64,000 nucleotides of DNA from Escherichia phage mogra. The notes below the pieces were generated by a model that did not search any database, was not told the DNA's origin, and saw only the letters and a program-made list of their open reading frames with translations. Below, piece by piece: positions 47,926 to 58,714 of this stretch (position 1 is its first letter; each line of letters begins with the position of its first letter). The translations under genes and the position numbers were made by a program. The stretch is taken from sequence record MN850579.1; one strand, given 5' to 3'.

Positions 47926-48113
47926 TGAAAGCTTATTTAGAAACAGTTATTGTAGCTAAGAAGGATGGTGGAGATGTTTCCACCTCTTGCTCTCAGATTA
48001 TATTAGATTTTCCTAATAACGATTCCTATCATATTTTTATGGACAATTTCGATAAGTACGAAAAAGGCTCTAATTTTGAAGTTTATCGTACTTTGCTTCC
48101 GATTGTGGATTAA
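47925..48113 (+). CDS. hypothetical protein (62 aa from ATG 47925)
   Basis: TAATG overlap with the ligase stop; followed by a strong terminator. Confidence 0.4.
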   Translation: MKAYLETVIVAKKDGGDVSTSCSQIILDFPNNDSYHIFMDNFDKYEKGSNFEVYRTLLPIVD

Positions 48114-48132
48114 GAGCCTTCGGGCTCTTTTT
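48114..48132 (+). terminator. intrinsic terminator (GAGCCTTCGGGCTC + T5)
   Basis: UUCG-loop hairpin 48114-48127 followed by TTTTTGG. Confidence 0.7.
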
Positions 48133-48168
48133 GGCATAAATATAAATTATTACTAAAAGGAAAACACT

Positions 48169-50256
48169 ATGTCTGAACAATTAAATGAAGTGTTTGAATC
48201 TGAAGGCAGTCTTCCTGTCGTCAATTTGAACCCTAAAGCTAAAGTTCCACAAGTCTGGAAAATTGGTGATATCGATACAAATATTGTAGTTCGTTTATTC
48301 TCTTACCTTTCCGAAGGCGACGCTGTAAAACAAGTTAAACTTGGCGACAAATACGCTCATGTTGTTATTATGAGTCTGTCTGAAAAGGGTAATCTAGCTG
48401 AATTGAAAAATGGCCTTGGTCCTGCTCCTATTGATGCAATCAACACCATTTTCAATACAGTGTATGAACAGGTTAAAGCTCTTCGTATGGATGCAGTTCT
48501 GTTCCGATTCCCTACCAAGAAATTGAAAGGACGTGGACAACAACTTCAAACTCTTCTTGCTCGTTTAGTTTCTACTAAAACCGGTGGTCGTTTTAAAGTA
48601 TTGTCGGCAATGTATCAATTCACAGGTAAACACACCTATGTGATGATGGTTCGTAAAAATGCCAACATTGAAGATATTAAAGGCATCCCTAACATTAACA
48701 CAGAGTTGTACACGAAAGTAGATTCTGATGTTGGCGAAGTTTATGTGAGTAAAAAGACCGGCGAAAAGGTCACCAAAGAAACGGCTATCGCTGGTTCTAT
48801 TGCTGCTGTAGAAGAAAAACGTAAAGATAAGCCTGTTATTGCTCGTACTAAAATTTCTCGTCGTGCTATTGCAGCAAGTCAATCTTTAGAAGCTGACCGC
48901 CAAGAAGGTGAGTTATTCCAGAAATACGAAAATTCTGCTAAAGAAGTTAGTGGCCCAGCTACAGCCGAATTACTTCCTGAAGCATATGAAATCGTACTAG
49001 CCCAAGCATCATCCACAGCAAAAGGCACTTTAGTTGCTGATATCGAAAATAAGATTTATAATCGTATTGATGAATCCTTTAGATTTGCTGATGAAGTTTC
49101 TTATGGTAGTGTTATTAAGCCAACTTTAGAAAAGTTTGCTAAGAAAATTAAAACTGAAAAAACAACATCTGTTAAAGCATTAGCTGCTTTTGTTGAAGCT
49201 GCAAACGAAATTGCGGACTCTATTAAAGACGAATGGTTTGAAGATTTTAGACGTGATAATTTCCAACTGGCCGATGATGTTTTAGCTGAAGTATCTGAAA
49301 AAACTTGGAAACAACGTAAATCAGCGTTCTTGTCTAATGTGATGTATACTTATGCACGAGAATCGGCTAGAGGCACCTTTAATATAACAATGAATCGGGA
49401 CCCTAAACAATACTCTGTTGCTGAAAAACGAGCTATTCGCGAATATGCCTCTTCTGCGTATACAGATATCAATAATATGTTGTTAGGTCGTTATAAACCA
49501 GATTTTTACGATGTTGCAGATGAAGATGAAGTTAAACGCGCTATTGATGGTCTTGATTCGGCGTTTTTAAATGGAGACCGTTTACCTGAAGGACTAACGT
49601 TATATAGAGCTCAGTCTATCAGAATGCCTATTTACGAAGCAATGGTTAAAAATAAGGTATTCTATTTCAGAAACTATGTTTCCACTTCACTAGCTCCTAT
49701 TATTTTCGGTGGGTTTAAAGAGAACGTTGCCCTTGGACTTGCTCCTGAAGAAGTTCGCAAAGAGCTTAACATTGACAATAACGACGAAGGTGTTACTATT
49801 TCTCCTAGTCAAGTAAGAACAGCTATGCATGCACCAGAACAAATCCGTGTTAACGTTGGATGGGCTATTGATGGCGCTCATAAAGTTAACGTGATTTATC
49901 CAGGACAGTTGAGTAATCACCCTAATGAGCAAGAAATTATTTTGCCTAGAGGCATTCTCTTACAGATAAATAAAATTACAGATGCGTCATCTGACACTGG
50001 TGCAGGTTTAGAATCCAACCTTAAATTTATTCAAGCTGAAGTCATGTCCTCGGACCAGTTGGACGAAGCTGTCATTTACGATGGTGATGTTCTCATGGAA
50101 ACAGGCGAGGTAGTTGCTATGACTGGTGAAATCGAATCAGATGAGCCGGTATCTTTTGCCTCATTTGTAGAAAAAACTAGTGCACCTAAAGGTTTGAAAT
50201 TGTTAGCATCTTTAATGGATTTAGAATCAGTTCCGTTTAAATTTGTCCAAGGATAG
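48169..50256 (+). CDS. alt: Alt ADP-ribosyltransferase (virion-packaged; modifies host RNA polymerase), 695 aa
   Basis: Multiple blocks match recalled T4 Alt (682 aa), e.g. ...YFRNYVSTSL..., ...VNVIYPG..., ...NEQEIILPRG..., ...INKITDAS..., C-terminus ...VPFKFVQG. Confidence 0.88.
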   Translation: MSEQLNEVFESEGSLPVVNLNPKAKVPQVWKIGDIDTNIVVRLFSYLSEGDAVKQVKLGDKYAHVVIMSLSEKGNLAELKNGLGPAPIDAINTIFNTVYEQVKALRMDAVLFRFPTKKLKGRGQQLQTLLARLVSTKTGGRFKVLSAMYQFTGKHTYVMMVRKNANIEDIKGIPNINTELYTKVDSDVGEVYVSKKTGEKVTKETAIAGSIAAVEEKRKDKPVIARTKISRRAIAASQSLEADRQEGELFQKYENSAKEVSGPATAELLPEAYEIVLAQASSTAKGTLVADIENKIYNRIDESFRFADEVSYGSVIKPTLEKFAKKIKTEKTTSVKALAAFVEAANEIADSIKDEWFEDFRRDNFQLADDVLAEVSEKTWKQRKSAFLSNVMYTYARESARGTFNITMNRDPKQYSVAEKRAIREYASSAYTDINNMLLGRYKPDFYDVADEDEVKRAIDGLDSAFLNGDRLPEGLTLYRAQSIRMPIYEAMVKNKVFYFRNYVSTSLAPIIFGGFKENVALGLAPEEVRKELNIDNNDEGVTISPSQVRTAMHAPEQIRVNVGWAIDGAHKVNVIYPGQLSNHPNEQEIILPRGILLQINKITDASSDTGAGLESNLKFIQAEVMSSDQLDEAVIYDGDVLMETGEVVAMTGEIESDEPVSFASFVEKTSAPKGLKLLASLMDLESVPFKFVQG

Positions 50257-50285
50257 TTTACAAACACATGGATGTGTGATACTAT
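50256..50285 (+). promoter_or_regulatory. T4-type early promoter with spacer dyad
   Basis: GTTTAC at 50256-50261, TACTAT at 50280-50285, dyad ACACAT/ATGTGT; ATG at 50315 with GAGGAAAA RBS. Confidence 0.55.
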
Positions 50286-50314
50286 CATCCCATCAACAAC
50301 ATGAGGAAAACGTT

Positions 50315-50608
50315 ATGAAATCTATGCTTCGCTTTAATGGTCAAGAACTAGTAGTTGAAGATGCTATCCCAGCGGATGATGTTTTTAACGAAGCTGTGAT
50401 TGACGAATTGAATCGAGTATTCCCAGGTGCATTCCATATTGCTATGGAACCTCTTAAAAACTTTCGTGACCCTGAGCACACTGATCAAATTTTTATCGGT
50501 GTGGTGACAGGTCATTTAGAAACAGAGGTACCAATGGTCGTATTAGTTAAATACTCTAAAGATGATACTCCATTCCGAGCACCAGCATTCCTTTCATTCC
50601 GTAAATAA
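50315..50608 (+). CDS. hypothetical protein (97 aa from ATG 50315)
   Basis: ATG with GAGGAAAA RBS downstream of an early promoter; the track start 50243 is a TTG inside alt. Confidence 0.5.
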   Translation: MKSMLRFNGQELVVEDAIPADDVFNEAVIDELNRVFPGAFHIAMEPLKNFRDPEHTDQIFIGVVTGHLETEVPMVVLVKYSKDDTPFRAPAFLSFRK

Positions 50609-50617
50609 ACCCCTAAA

Positions 50618-50640
50618 GGGAGACGTTGTCTCCCTTTTTT
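50618..50640 (+). terminator. intrinsic terminator (GGGAGAC-GTT-GTCTCCC + T6) at the convergence with gene 54
   Basis: 7-bp hairpin 50618-50634 followed by TTTTTT; the gene 54 stop (minus strand) is at 50642-50644, so the element separates convergent transcription units. Confidence 0.65.
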
Positions 50641-50641
50641 C

Positions 50642-51604
50642 TTATAGTCCTAAAACTCTTGACGCAGAATTCACAACACCTGTCAATGTGTTTATATTAG
50701 ACACACCACCAGCAGTCCCACCTAATCTAGAAAGTCTTGATACTGCACTTCCTAGTCCAGAATCATTCTGATTATTTCCAAACATTCCTGAAACACTACT
50801 AATAAGTCCTGATTCCAGCCATTCTAAAGCAGCCTGTCTATTTACAGCACCTGATTGCATAACACGATAAGCAAATGTTACATCAAAAACTGTTATCTGA
50901 TTATCACCATCATACGTTAACTCAGGAGAAGAGACACTAACAGGAATACATCCGGTGAACATGACAGCGGTATGTGGTAAACCATTTCGTGCGTGTAAAT
51001 TAACCTGAATATCTGCTTCGACGTCTTGTGGTAAAGCGCGAAGACCTGTTACAGGGTCTTGGACTGAGTTTACCCAGTCTTGCATTGCTCTAAAGTTAGA
51101 TGCTTCAGAATCCATTCTAAAGCTTATTACTAACGGGTCCATTTCACGACCGGTAATTCGGATGTTCGGGGAGTTATAGTTGAAATCTGTTTCATACGAT
51201 AATCGATTCTCAGGCATTTTTACAGAATAAATCATTAAACCTGTATTATTATATGCCATATTGAAGAAGTCTATCAGATAAGCTCCTACTGTGAACTCAC
51301 CTAACAAGCTTTGTACCGTACGTTGGCTCATTGCTCCAATCAGATATTTACTTATACCCGATTTTCGAATTAATTTCTGTGTTCCTGCTGTAATCAGGGT
51401 TGTTACGCCCTGATTGATATCACCTTGAGACAATCCTAACCAATCAGAATCCAACCCTAAGTTATTATAAGCAAAACTACCAATTGACGAAATTAGCGAA
51501 GACGATTTGGTTGATGGTGTAGTAGCAAATACACAACTAAACATATTGTTTCGTTGGAAATCCGCATTTATAGCTTGGTTATTAAATTCTTCTAAAGAGT
51601 ACAT
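50642..51604 (-). CDS. 54: gp54 baseplate tail-tube initiator (320 aa)
   Basis: Same size as T4 gp54 (320 aa); last gene of the 51-27-28-29-48-54 hub operon by synteny. Confidence 0.8.
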   Translation of the reverse strand: MYSLEEFNNQAINADFQRNNMFSCVFATTPSTKSSSLISSIGSFAYNNLGLDSDWLGLSQGDINQGVTTLITAGTQKLIRKSGISKYLIGAMSQRTVQSLLGEFTVGAYLIDFFNMAYNNTGLMIYSVKMPENRLSYETDFNYNSPNIRITGREMDPLVISFRMDSEASNFRAMQDWVNSVQDPVTGLRALPQDVEADIQVNLHARNGLPHTAVMFTGCIPVSVSSPELTYDGDNQITVFDVTFAYRVMQSGAVNRQAALEWLESGLISSVSGMFGNNQNDSGLGSAVSRLSRLGGTAGGVSNINTLTGVVNSASRVLGL

Positions 51605-52713
51605 TAGAAAGTCCCCGCATAAAGTGAAGAACGGTTTAATGTAATAATTTCTCGCATTGTTATCTCTAACGTAAATGTTGATGGTAAGTTAGGAGCAACA
51701 GCAAGACCATTAAATTGTCCATTTGGAGTTTTATCAAAACGTACGCTTTGAATTTGACACGGGCCAAATACGTCAGTTAATCCATCAAATTTAGATGTAT
51801 AACCAAAGTTTTTAACCATCCAAATTGTAGGGTTGCTTACAACTAATACATTTGTTAATGACGCAGTAATCTTTTCAAATAATGTCTTATTTTTTACTGC
51901 ATCATCTGGCGTCATAGGCTCAATAAACGTTGAACGGTACCATTCGTCTAAATAACTTTTAATCTCTTGGGCGTACTGTGATTTACCGGTCTCACCATAT
52001 GAGAAATAGTTAAAATACTGGTAAATGTTTATAATAGCCATAAGGTCTTCAGTTGAACGCGGAGTTAAATCCCATGTAAAGACTTTAGTACGGTTCTCGG
52101 CACCGCCATACATACTACGAGAAGTCGTATAAATCTGTTCGTTATTATCAGCCATAAGCCCTTGAGTAATAGAATCTAATGCACCAAAAACTGCGGTAGA
52201 AGCAATGTTACTTAAAACACCCGTAGCAGTACCTCCACCTTTAGTAATAAGGCTATCACCGATATCATTAAAACGATGTGAAGTTGTATCAACATCAGAT
52301 TTGGAACGTGGCAAAAGTATATTAGCAACAGGAGTTTTGTTTATAGTAGACTTATTAGCTCCGGCAGGAAGCAAGCCATTTGAGAATTTAGTCACTGCAT
52401 CTTTCACGTTATCAGTTAAATCTGATATGATACCATTAGATGAAGTCCCAGCGTATGCCGGACGTAAATTCCTGAGGGATCCTGAATCGCGTGCAGACAT
52501 ATTGTACGCGGTAAATAATAATCCATTCTTATAAAGGTCTGTTACCTGGAAGTCTCCTGTGGAGTCATTTCCGGCTGCTCTTCCTGTAGGAAATTGAGCA
52601 ACATAAGTTTTAGTAGTTGTTTCGGTTTTAGTGCTTTGCCCAGCACTTTCTGAGACTGGGATTGCTTTATTTAAATCCTTTGCATCTACTACTATTTCTT
52701 TTACACTAATCAT
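51604..52713 (-). CDS. 48: gp48 baseplate tail-tube cap (369 aa)
   Basis: Size (T4 364 aa) and position between genes 29 and 54; TAATG-type coupling. Confidence 0.8.
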   Translation of the reverse strand: MISVKEIVVDAKDLNKAIPVSESAGQSTKTETTTKTYVAQFPTGRAAGNDSTGDFQVTDLYKNGLLFTAYNMSARDSGSLRNLRPAYAGTSSNGIISDLTDNVKDAVTKFSNGLLPAGANKSTINKTPVANILLPRSKSDVDTTSHRFNDIGDSLITKGGGTATGVLSNIASTAVFGALDSITQGLMADNNEQIYTTSRSMYGGAENRTKVFTWDLTPRSTEDLMAIINIYQYFNYFSYGETGKSQYAQEIKSYLDEWYRSTFIEPMTPDDAVKNKTLFEKITASLTNVLVVSNPTIWMVKNFGYTSKFDGLTDVFGPCQIQSVRFDKTPNGQFNGLAVAPNLPSTFTLEITMREIITLNRSSLYAGTF

Positions 52714-52721
52714 AATAATCC

Positions 52722-54494
52722 TTAATTAACACCGGTGGCATGGAAAATTCCAGGAGCCGTTGTACTTGTTACAGGGGTCATATTCTGGACTACGGTATTC
52801 TTTTTGACGACATTATTTGTGTTACTAATCGCCGCTACCGGTTGCTGTTGTTTAGATTCAGAAGCACGTCCTTTCTCTATTGACTGAACTTGTTTTGCTT
52901 CCGGAGATTTAGACGAAGATTCAGGCTTAACTGTTGTCTGAGCCTTTTTGGCTTCAGCCATTTTATTATTTAGCTTTTCAAATCTAGCATCTAATTCCTT
53001 TTTAACAACAGGAGTTTTATTAAGTTCAGGGTCTTTAATAAGTTTACTTAAATCAGCATAAGACTTCTCGACGTTTTTAGCATTTTCCGGATTAGTCATA
53101 TCGATTTTATCGATATAATCCTCAAATCTAACCAGTGCCGCACGAGTTTCATTAGCTTTTATATACGCCTCTTTACGCTCCTCTTCAGGTAACTCTTTTA
53201 ATTTTGCCGATTCCGCAGCACGCTCATCACTTGTACTAAACTCTTCTTTATTGTCATTACCACGAACCCAGTTAGTAACGAATGTTTTGCCGCGTTGTAG
53301 CATATCAAGACCTTTAGAAACGGTTCCTAATTCCCCATCGTCACGCTTCATTTGATATTTAGCGACTTTCTCTTGGTCTTCTTTCTTTAATTTGTTCCCA
53401 GTAGTTTCTTGGAATCCTTCTAAAGCACGTCCTTCTATTTCGTCTGCGGTATCACCAAAACCTATAGCACGCAATATAGACGCGGAGAGTTTAGCCATTC
53501 CTAATTGAATTAGTTCACCTAAGTTCATTAATGCTGTTCCTACACCTTTGACAATAGCAACGGTTAAACCACCCCAGTCTCCAGCTTCCCACAATTGTTT
53601 TATCGAGTCAATAGAAGTGAATATATCACTTAAGAATTTACCCCACTCTTTAGCTTCATCGGAGAATTTAGTAAAGTTTTCATCAAATAAATCCCAGGCA
53701 GAAGTGAACTTGTCTGTCCAATATTTGAAATGGACTATCAATAAATCAATACCGATAACAATACCAAGAATAAGTGCGGCCATTTTTGCCGCTTCAATAG
53801 CAGCCGTTATAGTGTATTTGAAAAGCATTCCAGCAATTCTGTCTGAAATTGATATTGATTTATTAAACCCGGCTTGAACCGTTTTGGTGAGCATTGCAAT
53901 TTTATCGCTCAATTTAAAGCTAATTCCGCCTTTAGAATCGGAAGTAGAATTAGCACTTTCTTGAACCGGCGTTGGGAAGAAATCTTCGTCTGGCTTATTA
54001 TCAATCTTTTCAGGTGTAGGTAATGCTTTAAACAACTCATCAGAAGTTTCGTTCTCAACCACTTTAACAGGTATCGCGTTCTCAATTACTTCAAGAGAGG
54101 TGCCTCCTGTATTTTGAATAGCGGTAGATGTTTGTAATTTTTGCTCTAATAATGTAGCTAATCGGTCTAACTTAGAGCTTATTGCACTAGAAACTTCGTT
54201 TATACTTTTAGTGACTTCAGTTTGTTTTTCAATAACTTCTGCGATAAGCTCTGTGCCTTCAGCAGTATTATCTGTCGAATTCTTTAAGTCTCCAATTGAT
54301 TCAATAATTCCATTGCCTTTATCTTCTACACTTTGCGATGTGAGTTCAGACGCGGCTTGGACATCGTCTAGTTTTGATGAAATATCATTCAATGCTTCTA
54401 ATGAATCGGTAGCTGCTGTTGCAGCTACTTTTTGTGGTTTATTATCGGCAATGACCTTATTTCTACGCATGGATTTCATTTCTTCAGGTTTCAT
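52722..54494 (-). CDS. 29: gp29 baseplate hub subunit / tail length tape-measure (590 aa)
   Basis: Same size as T4 gp29 (590 aa); coiled-coil-rich N-terminal half, hydrophobic central segment; synteny. Confidence 0.8.
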   Translation of the reverse strand: MKPEEMKSMRRNKVIADNKPQKVAATAATDSLEALNDISSKLDDVQAASELTSQSVEDKGNGIIESIGDLKNSTDNTAEGTELIAEVIEKQTEVTKSINEVSSAISSKLDRLATLLEQKLQTSTAIQNTGGTSLEVIENAIPVKVVENETSDELFKALPTPEKIDNKPDEDFFPTPVQESANSTSDSKGGISFKLSDKIAMLTKTVQAGFNKSISISDRIAGMLFKYTITAAIEAAKMAALILGIVIGIDLLIVHFKYWTDKFTSAWDLFDENFTKFSDEAKEWGKFLSDIFTSIDSIKQLWEAGDWGGLTVAIVKGVGTALMNLGELIQLGMAKLSASILRAIGFGDTADEIEGRALEGFQETTGNKLKKEDQEKVAKYQMKRDDGELGTVSKGLDMLQRGKTFVTNWVRGNDNKEEFSTSDERAAESAKLKELPEEERKEAYIKANETRAALVRFEDYIDKIDMTNPENAKNVEKSYADLSKLIKDPELNKTPVVKKELDARFEKLNNKMAEAKKAQTTVKPESSSKSPEAKQVQSIEKGRASESKQQQPVAAISNTNNVVKKNTVVQNMTPVTSTTAPGIFHATGVN

Positions 54495-55024
54495 TCAAGC
54501 AATCCAATAATTTCTGCTATACCCTTAATAGGACCATTAGGGCCTGGAATAGCAATAGTTGTCGAAAGGTCTTCTGCCCATTTGATTACAAAAGCAGGCA
54601 TCTCAAGGAAAGAAATTTCTTTCTCTTCGTCATTAACTTTTATTAAGCAATTTGATAGCATTTCACTGATTGTAGCGAATTGTTCAAATTTGCCTGGAGG
54701 TCTAAAATAAAAAGTATTGCCTTGGAATTGGAATTCTGTTCGTTGGCATACATAGACGTCATCTAGTTTATACGTGAATCCGTCTTTTTCAACTTCAGAC
54801 TTAAGTTTGTTATTAAATTCCAATATATGTAGACATGCAAAATCAAAATCAGCAGGACTCATATTTTTACAAATAGAATCAGCTAAGATTTTCATGTTTT
54901 CATCAGGACCTTTAACGTCCTTTAAAAGATTATAATGTTTGAGCCCTAATTTGGGAATCATTACCTTTTTATTAGACTGCGGTAGAATTATTTTCTTTAG
55001 AGGTAGAATCAGATTTAAGTTCAT
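54491..55024 (-). CDS. 28: gp28 baseplate hub distal subunit (177 aa)
   Basis: Size equals T4 gp28 (177 aa); between genes 27 and 29. The start overlaps gene 27 by 53 nt, so an internal start is possible. Confidence 0.7.
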   Translation of the reverse strand: MNLNLILPLKKIILPQSNKKVMIPKLGLKHYNLLKDVKGPDENMKILADSICKNMSPADFDFACLHILEFNNKLKSEVEKDGFTYKLDDVYVCQRTEFQFQGNTFYFRPPGKFEQFATISEMLSNCLIKVNDEEKEISFLEMPAFVIKWAEDLSTTIAIPGPNGPIKGIAEIIGLLE

Positions 55025-56144
55025 TTTTAACCTTAACTGGGTTAACAGGTTCTAACACCATTGAGTTGGTAAACATGTACAGATGAGTTTGTGAGTTGTT
55101 ATTTGATAACTCATGAATAACTTCATCTACGTAAAATTCGGATTTGAATTGGTTCTTTTGGTCAACAAATATAATTTTAGTAGCAGGCGTTATGTTAAAA
55201 TTGCCTGTAGTAGTGCATTTAGCATATCCGTCATATTGAGCCATTGTCTGAAGACGACTTGCTTCTTCAAATCCATTACGATAGGTCATTTCGGAATATC
55301 CACCGGATCTTGACACAAGAATAGCATTATCACCATCGCCTGTAACAATAACCGGAATAGATGTATCTAAAAATGAATGAGCGAATATCGTGGCGTTTTT
55401 AATAGGGTCTCTTGTAAATTGGTTAGCTTTAGTCATCCAGGTGAAATCCCATACTAATGGATACTCAAGCTCTTGAATATACTGACCTACAGTATTTGGC
55501 TCACCTACAATCATCTTAATGCCTTCCTGACCAATAAGAGTATCGTAGTCAATCATGTTTACGCCTAAAATATCTTGCCATACGAATACGAACTTATCAC
55601 TCGCTGTAGCAAGTCCTAATTCTCTGACATATGCCAAATAATCATCAAATGTGCTTGTCCAAGGGATATCAGGAACATAAGCATTAATAGTGTTTATTGG
55701 CGGGGTAATTAACGCACGGTCTTTGTATATGACACCTAACATTTCACGTATAGATTCTCCTGCGTCCGGGAAGAATGGTCGCCCAAATTTAAGATTCTCT
55801 ATAGAATGTATTGTTCCAAGCTCAATTGCAATAATATTGTCACCTTTTGAGTCCACAGACACAGAATAATGTTTGCATCCATAAATTCGAGTTCTAACTT
55901 GGAGAGGTGTGTTTGAATTTGAAACAGAGATTTGAACTATCTGTCTACCGTCCATTTTAGTGTGGATGTTTTTAGTGTCATAAAATTGAAGAATCCCTTC
56001 ATTTCTTCCATATAGCGAATCTCGCATGGTTAAAGTTGTTATTGTTGCCGCGAGTTCAACGTATCTATTTTCTTGCCAAGCCGAATAATCTTGGTATAAT
56101 TTAACGCTTAAGTTAGGATATCCTGGACGTTGGAATACTTTCAT
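54972..56144 (-). CDS. 27: gp27 baseplate hub subunit (390 aa)
   Basis: Size (T4 391 aa) and position downstream of gene 51. Confidence 0.8.
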   Translation of the reverse strand: MKVFQRPGYPNLSVKLYQDYSAWQENRYVELAATITTLTMRDSLYGRNEGILQFYDTKNIHTKMDGRQIVQISVSNSNTPLQVRTRIYGCKHYSVSVDSKGDNIIAIELGTIHSIENLKFGRPFFPDAGESIREMLGVIYKDRALITPPINTINAYVPDIPWTSTFDDYLAYVRELGLATASDKFVFVWQDILGVNMIDYDTLIGQEGIKMIVGEPNTVGQYIQELEYPLVWDFTWMTKANQFTRDPIKNATIFAHSFLDTSIPVIVTGDGDNAILVSRSGGYSEMTYRNGFEEASRLQTMAQYDGYAKCTTTGNFNITPATKIIFVDQKNQFKSEFYVDEVIHELSNNNSQTHLYMFTNSMVLEPVNPVKVKNELKSDSTSKENNSTAV

Positions 56145-56893
56145 TTTTTATGGTCCTTTTCTACTAATGTTAAAGCAATACCACGTTCAACAGGAATCAT
56201 TTGCATAATAGAATCCAATGTGTATTGACTCTTTACCAGTGAATGGTTTATCTGATAGAATGTAAAAATCTCATCAGGGTTAACTAACAATTTAAAAACC
56301 TCTAAGATATCAGTATATGTTTTAACATGTCGTTCACAACAACCTAATCTAAGGGTCAAATTAATAGGGTTCATAGAAGCAATAACCTTCTCGAGCGAGT
56401 CAATGTCTATTGCTTCTATTACTTGGATTTGGTTCTCTTCAGTCAAATCATTCCATGGGTACCATTCGTCATTATAATATATTTCTTTTATGTTTTCACT
56501 TATCATTAATGCCTTGTTGTCATAAAACTTTTCAGGGAAAGAAAAACGTATTTTTATACCAGCAACATCAAGTTCAGGTTCGACTAGTTCTTTTTGATAT
56601 ATCTCAAATGGTGCAGTTTTTTCTTTAGAGCATTTAGGGCAAGTGAAAATAACGGGAACTTTTGTTTTGCCTATAGAGCCTGCAAAAACTTGCAGGAATA
56701 TAAATGGTTGCCATGTTTTAGGGTACTCACCAAAATAATCATCAATCAGATCGGCAATTATTTCTTTTTGTTCTTGCGGCGAACGATGTTCGATATCATT
56801 TCTAACTAGTAAAAAGTCTCTATAATCCGCCACAGTGAACGGCTTAAAACGATGAACACCATCCGGTAATTTACAACGAATTATATTAGCCAT
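56141..56893 (-). CDS. 51: gp51 baseplate hub assembly catalyst (250 aa)
   Basis: Size (T4 249 aa); divergent from gene 26 with a shared late-promoter region. Confidence 0.7.
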   Translation of the reverse strand: MANIIRCKLPDGVHRFKPFTVADYRDFLLVRNDIEHRSPQEQKEIIADLIDDYFGEYPKTWQPFIFLQVFAGSIGKTKVPVIFTCPKCSKEKTAPFEIYQKELVEPELDVAGIKIRFSFPEKFYDNKALMISENIKEIYYNDEWYPWNDLTEENQIQVIEAIDIDSLEKVIASMNPINLTLRLGCCERHVKTYTDILEVFKLLVNPDEIFTFYQINHSLVKSQYTLDSIMQMIPVERGIALTLVEKDHKK

Positions 56894-56910
56894 AATTACT
56901 CCTTTTCTAT

Positions 56911-56918
56911 TATTTATA
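56911..56918 (-). promoter_or_regulatory. late promoter (TATAAATA) for gene 51
   Basis: Minus-strand TATAAATA 18 nt upstream of the gene 51 ATG; overlaps the plus-strand late promoter by 4 nt. Confidence 0.6.
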
Positions 56919-56922
56919 AATA
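56915..56922 (+). promoter_or_regulatory. late promoter (TATAAATA) for gene 26
   Basis: Plus-strand TATAAATA 19 nt upstream of the gene 26 ATG, followed by an AAGGAG RBS. Confidence 0.6.
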
Positions 56923-56940
56923 CACAATAAAGGAGTTAAC

Positions 56941-57567
56941 ATGTACAAATATACGTTTACCGTACGTTTAGGCGATAAAGAAGTGAATTGTAGAGCCTTT
57001 ACTTTAAAAGAATATTTAGGACTCATAGGTGCGCGGGCTACCGGTACTATTGAATCCGCAGTGAACAATATTATCACTAATTGCTCTAACGCTAAAAACT
57101 TGACTAAACAAGAAGCCGAGCTATTGTTGGTAAATCTGTGGGCACATTCATTAGGTGAAGTGAATCAAGAACACACCTGGAATTGTTCCTGTGGGCATTC
57201 ATTTCAAGTCTATATGAATTTATTGCACACTCAATTAGATGAACAGGCCGATCCCTGGTATTCGTTTAGTGGTATTAAAATTAAGTTCCGTCAACCTAAA
57301 TTATTTGACGATAAAAATATCGCATTAATGATTGCTTCATGTATTGAGGCCGTTTTTGTCAATGGAGAGTCCATCCCTGTTGAAGATTTAACTGAAGCAG
57401 AAATAAACGACCTTTACGGCCTTATAACAGAAGATGACATGATCAATATTAAAAATCTTTTGGTATTGCCATCAATTTATCTGGCAACCCCTATTAAATG
57501 TCCCAAATGCGGGGCGTCACACGTTCACACAATACGAGGCCTCAAAGAATTCTTTGAGTTACTATAA
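56941..57567 (+). CDS. 26: gp26 baseplate hub subunit (208 aa)
   Basis: Same size as T4 gp26 (208 aa); synteny 51/26/25. Confidence 0.7.
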   Translation: MYKYTFTVRLGDKEVNCRAFTLKEYLGLIGARATGTIESAVNNIITNCSNAKNLTKQEAELLLVNLWAHSLGEVNQEHTWNCSCGHSFQVYMNLLHTQLDEQADPWYSFSGIKIKFRQPKLFDDKNIALMIASCIEAVFVNGESIPVEDLTEAEINDLYGLITEDDMINIKNLLVLPSIYLATPIKCPKCGASHVHTIRGLKEFFELL

Positions 57568-57965
57568 TGTCTAATATCAATAAACTTTATTCAGATATCG
57601 ATCCAGAAATGCGTATGGATTGGAACAAGGACGTTGCTCGTTCTGTAGGACTTCGTTCTATTAAAAATAGTCTTCTTGGTATAGTGACAACTAGAAAAGG
57701 CTCACGCCCCTTCGACCCTGAATTTGGATGTGATTTGGTTGATGAACTTTTCGAGAACATGACACCACTTACAGCCGATACGATTGAGCGTAATATCCAG
57801 GCAGCTGTCCGTAACTATGAGCCACGCATCGACAAACTTTCTGTAAGTGTAACGCCAGTATATGATGACTATACGGTTATAGTAGAGATTAGATTTTCGG
57901 TCGTAGACAACCCTGACGATATTGAACAAATTAAACTTCAGTTAGCGTCAAGCAATAGAGTGTAA
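57567..57965 (+). CDS. 25: gp25 baseplate wedge subunit (gpW/LysM-like), 132 aa
   Basis: Same size as T4 gp25 (132 aa); N-terminus MSNINKLYSDIDPEMRMDWNKD... as recalled for T4 gp25. Confidence 0.8.
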   Translation: MSNINKLYSDIDPEMRMDWNKDVARSVGLRSIKNSLLGIVTTRKGSRPFDPEFGCDLVDELFENMTPLTADTIERNIQAAVRNYEPRIDKLSVSVTPVYDDYTVIVEIRFSVVDNPDDIEQIKLQLASSNRV

Positions 57966-57990
57966 TGCTTCAAGGCAACCTATGTATAAT
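57964..57990 (+). promoter_or_regulatory. putative MotA-dependent middle promoter for uvsY
   Basis: aaTGCTTCA at 57964-57972, 12-bp spacer, TATAAT at 57985-57990; uvsY ATG at 58045. Confidence 0.55.
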
Positions 57991-58044
57991 GGTTTTAGGT
58001 CCTTCCGATACAGCCGGGAGATTATTAGTTAAAGAGAGAATATT

Positions 58045-58458
58045 ATGAAGCTGGAAGATTTACAGGAAGAGTTAGACGCGGACTTAGCTATTGATATGAC
58101 AAAGTTGCAATATGAGACGGCGAATAATGTTAAGTTATACAGCAAATGGCTACGTAAGCACTCATTTATTCGTAAAGAAATGTTGCGTATAGAGACTCAG
58201 AAGAAAACTGCTCTAAAAGCAAGATTAGACTACTACTCGGGACGAGGTGACGGTGATGAATTCAGTATGGACCGATACGAGAAATCTGAAATGAAAACTG
58301 TCCTGGCTGCAGATAAAGATGTGCTTAAAATAGAGACTACTTTACAATACTGGGGAATTTTACTTGAGTTCTGTAGTGGTGCACTTGACGCAGTTAAGTC
58401 TCGTAGTTTTGCACTTAAACATATCCAAGATATGCGAGAATTTGAAGCGGGGCAATAA
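58045..58458 (+). CDS. uvsY: UvsY recombination mediator (137 aa)
   Basis: Same size as T4 UvsY (137 aa); N-terminus MKLEDLQEELDADLAIDMTKLQYETANNVKLYSKWLRK... matches as recalled. Confidence 0.85.
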   Translation: MKLEDLQEELDADLAIDMTKLQYETANNVKLYSKWLRKHSFIRKEMLRIETQKKTALKARLDYYSGRGDGDEFSMDRYEKSEMKTVLAADKDVLKIETTLQYWGILLEFCSGALDAVKSRSFALKHIQDMREFEAGQ

Positions 58459-58682
58459 TGCGTTATTCAATTGAAGATGCCTTTAATAATGACGAAGAAT
58501 TTGAAACTGAAATTAAATTCTTAATGGAAAAGTATCGTCTACGTCGTCAGGATATTCGTATCCTGGCAGACCACCCTTGTGGCGAAGACGTCCTTTATAT
58601 TAAAGGAAAATTTGCCGGATATCTTGATGAATATTTTTATTCTAAAGATATGGGCATTGATATGCATATGAGAGTTGTATAA
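58458..58682 (+). CDS. hypothetical protein (74 aa), uvsY.-1-like by position
   Basis: ATGA-coupled to uvsY. Confidence 0.45.
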   Translation: MRYSIEDAFNNDEEFETEIKFLMEKYRLRRQDIRILADHPCGEDVLYIKGKFAGYLDEYFYSKDMGIDMHMRVV

Positions 58683-58714
58683 ATAGATATGTAATTTCAA
58701 CTTAGGAGGCAATC

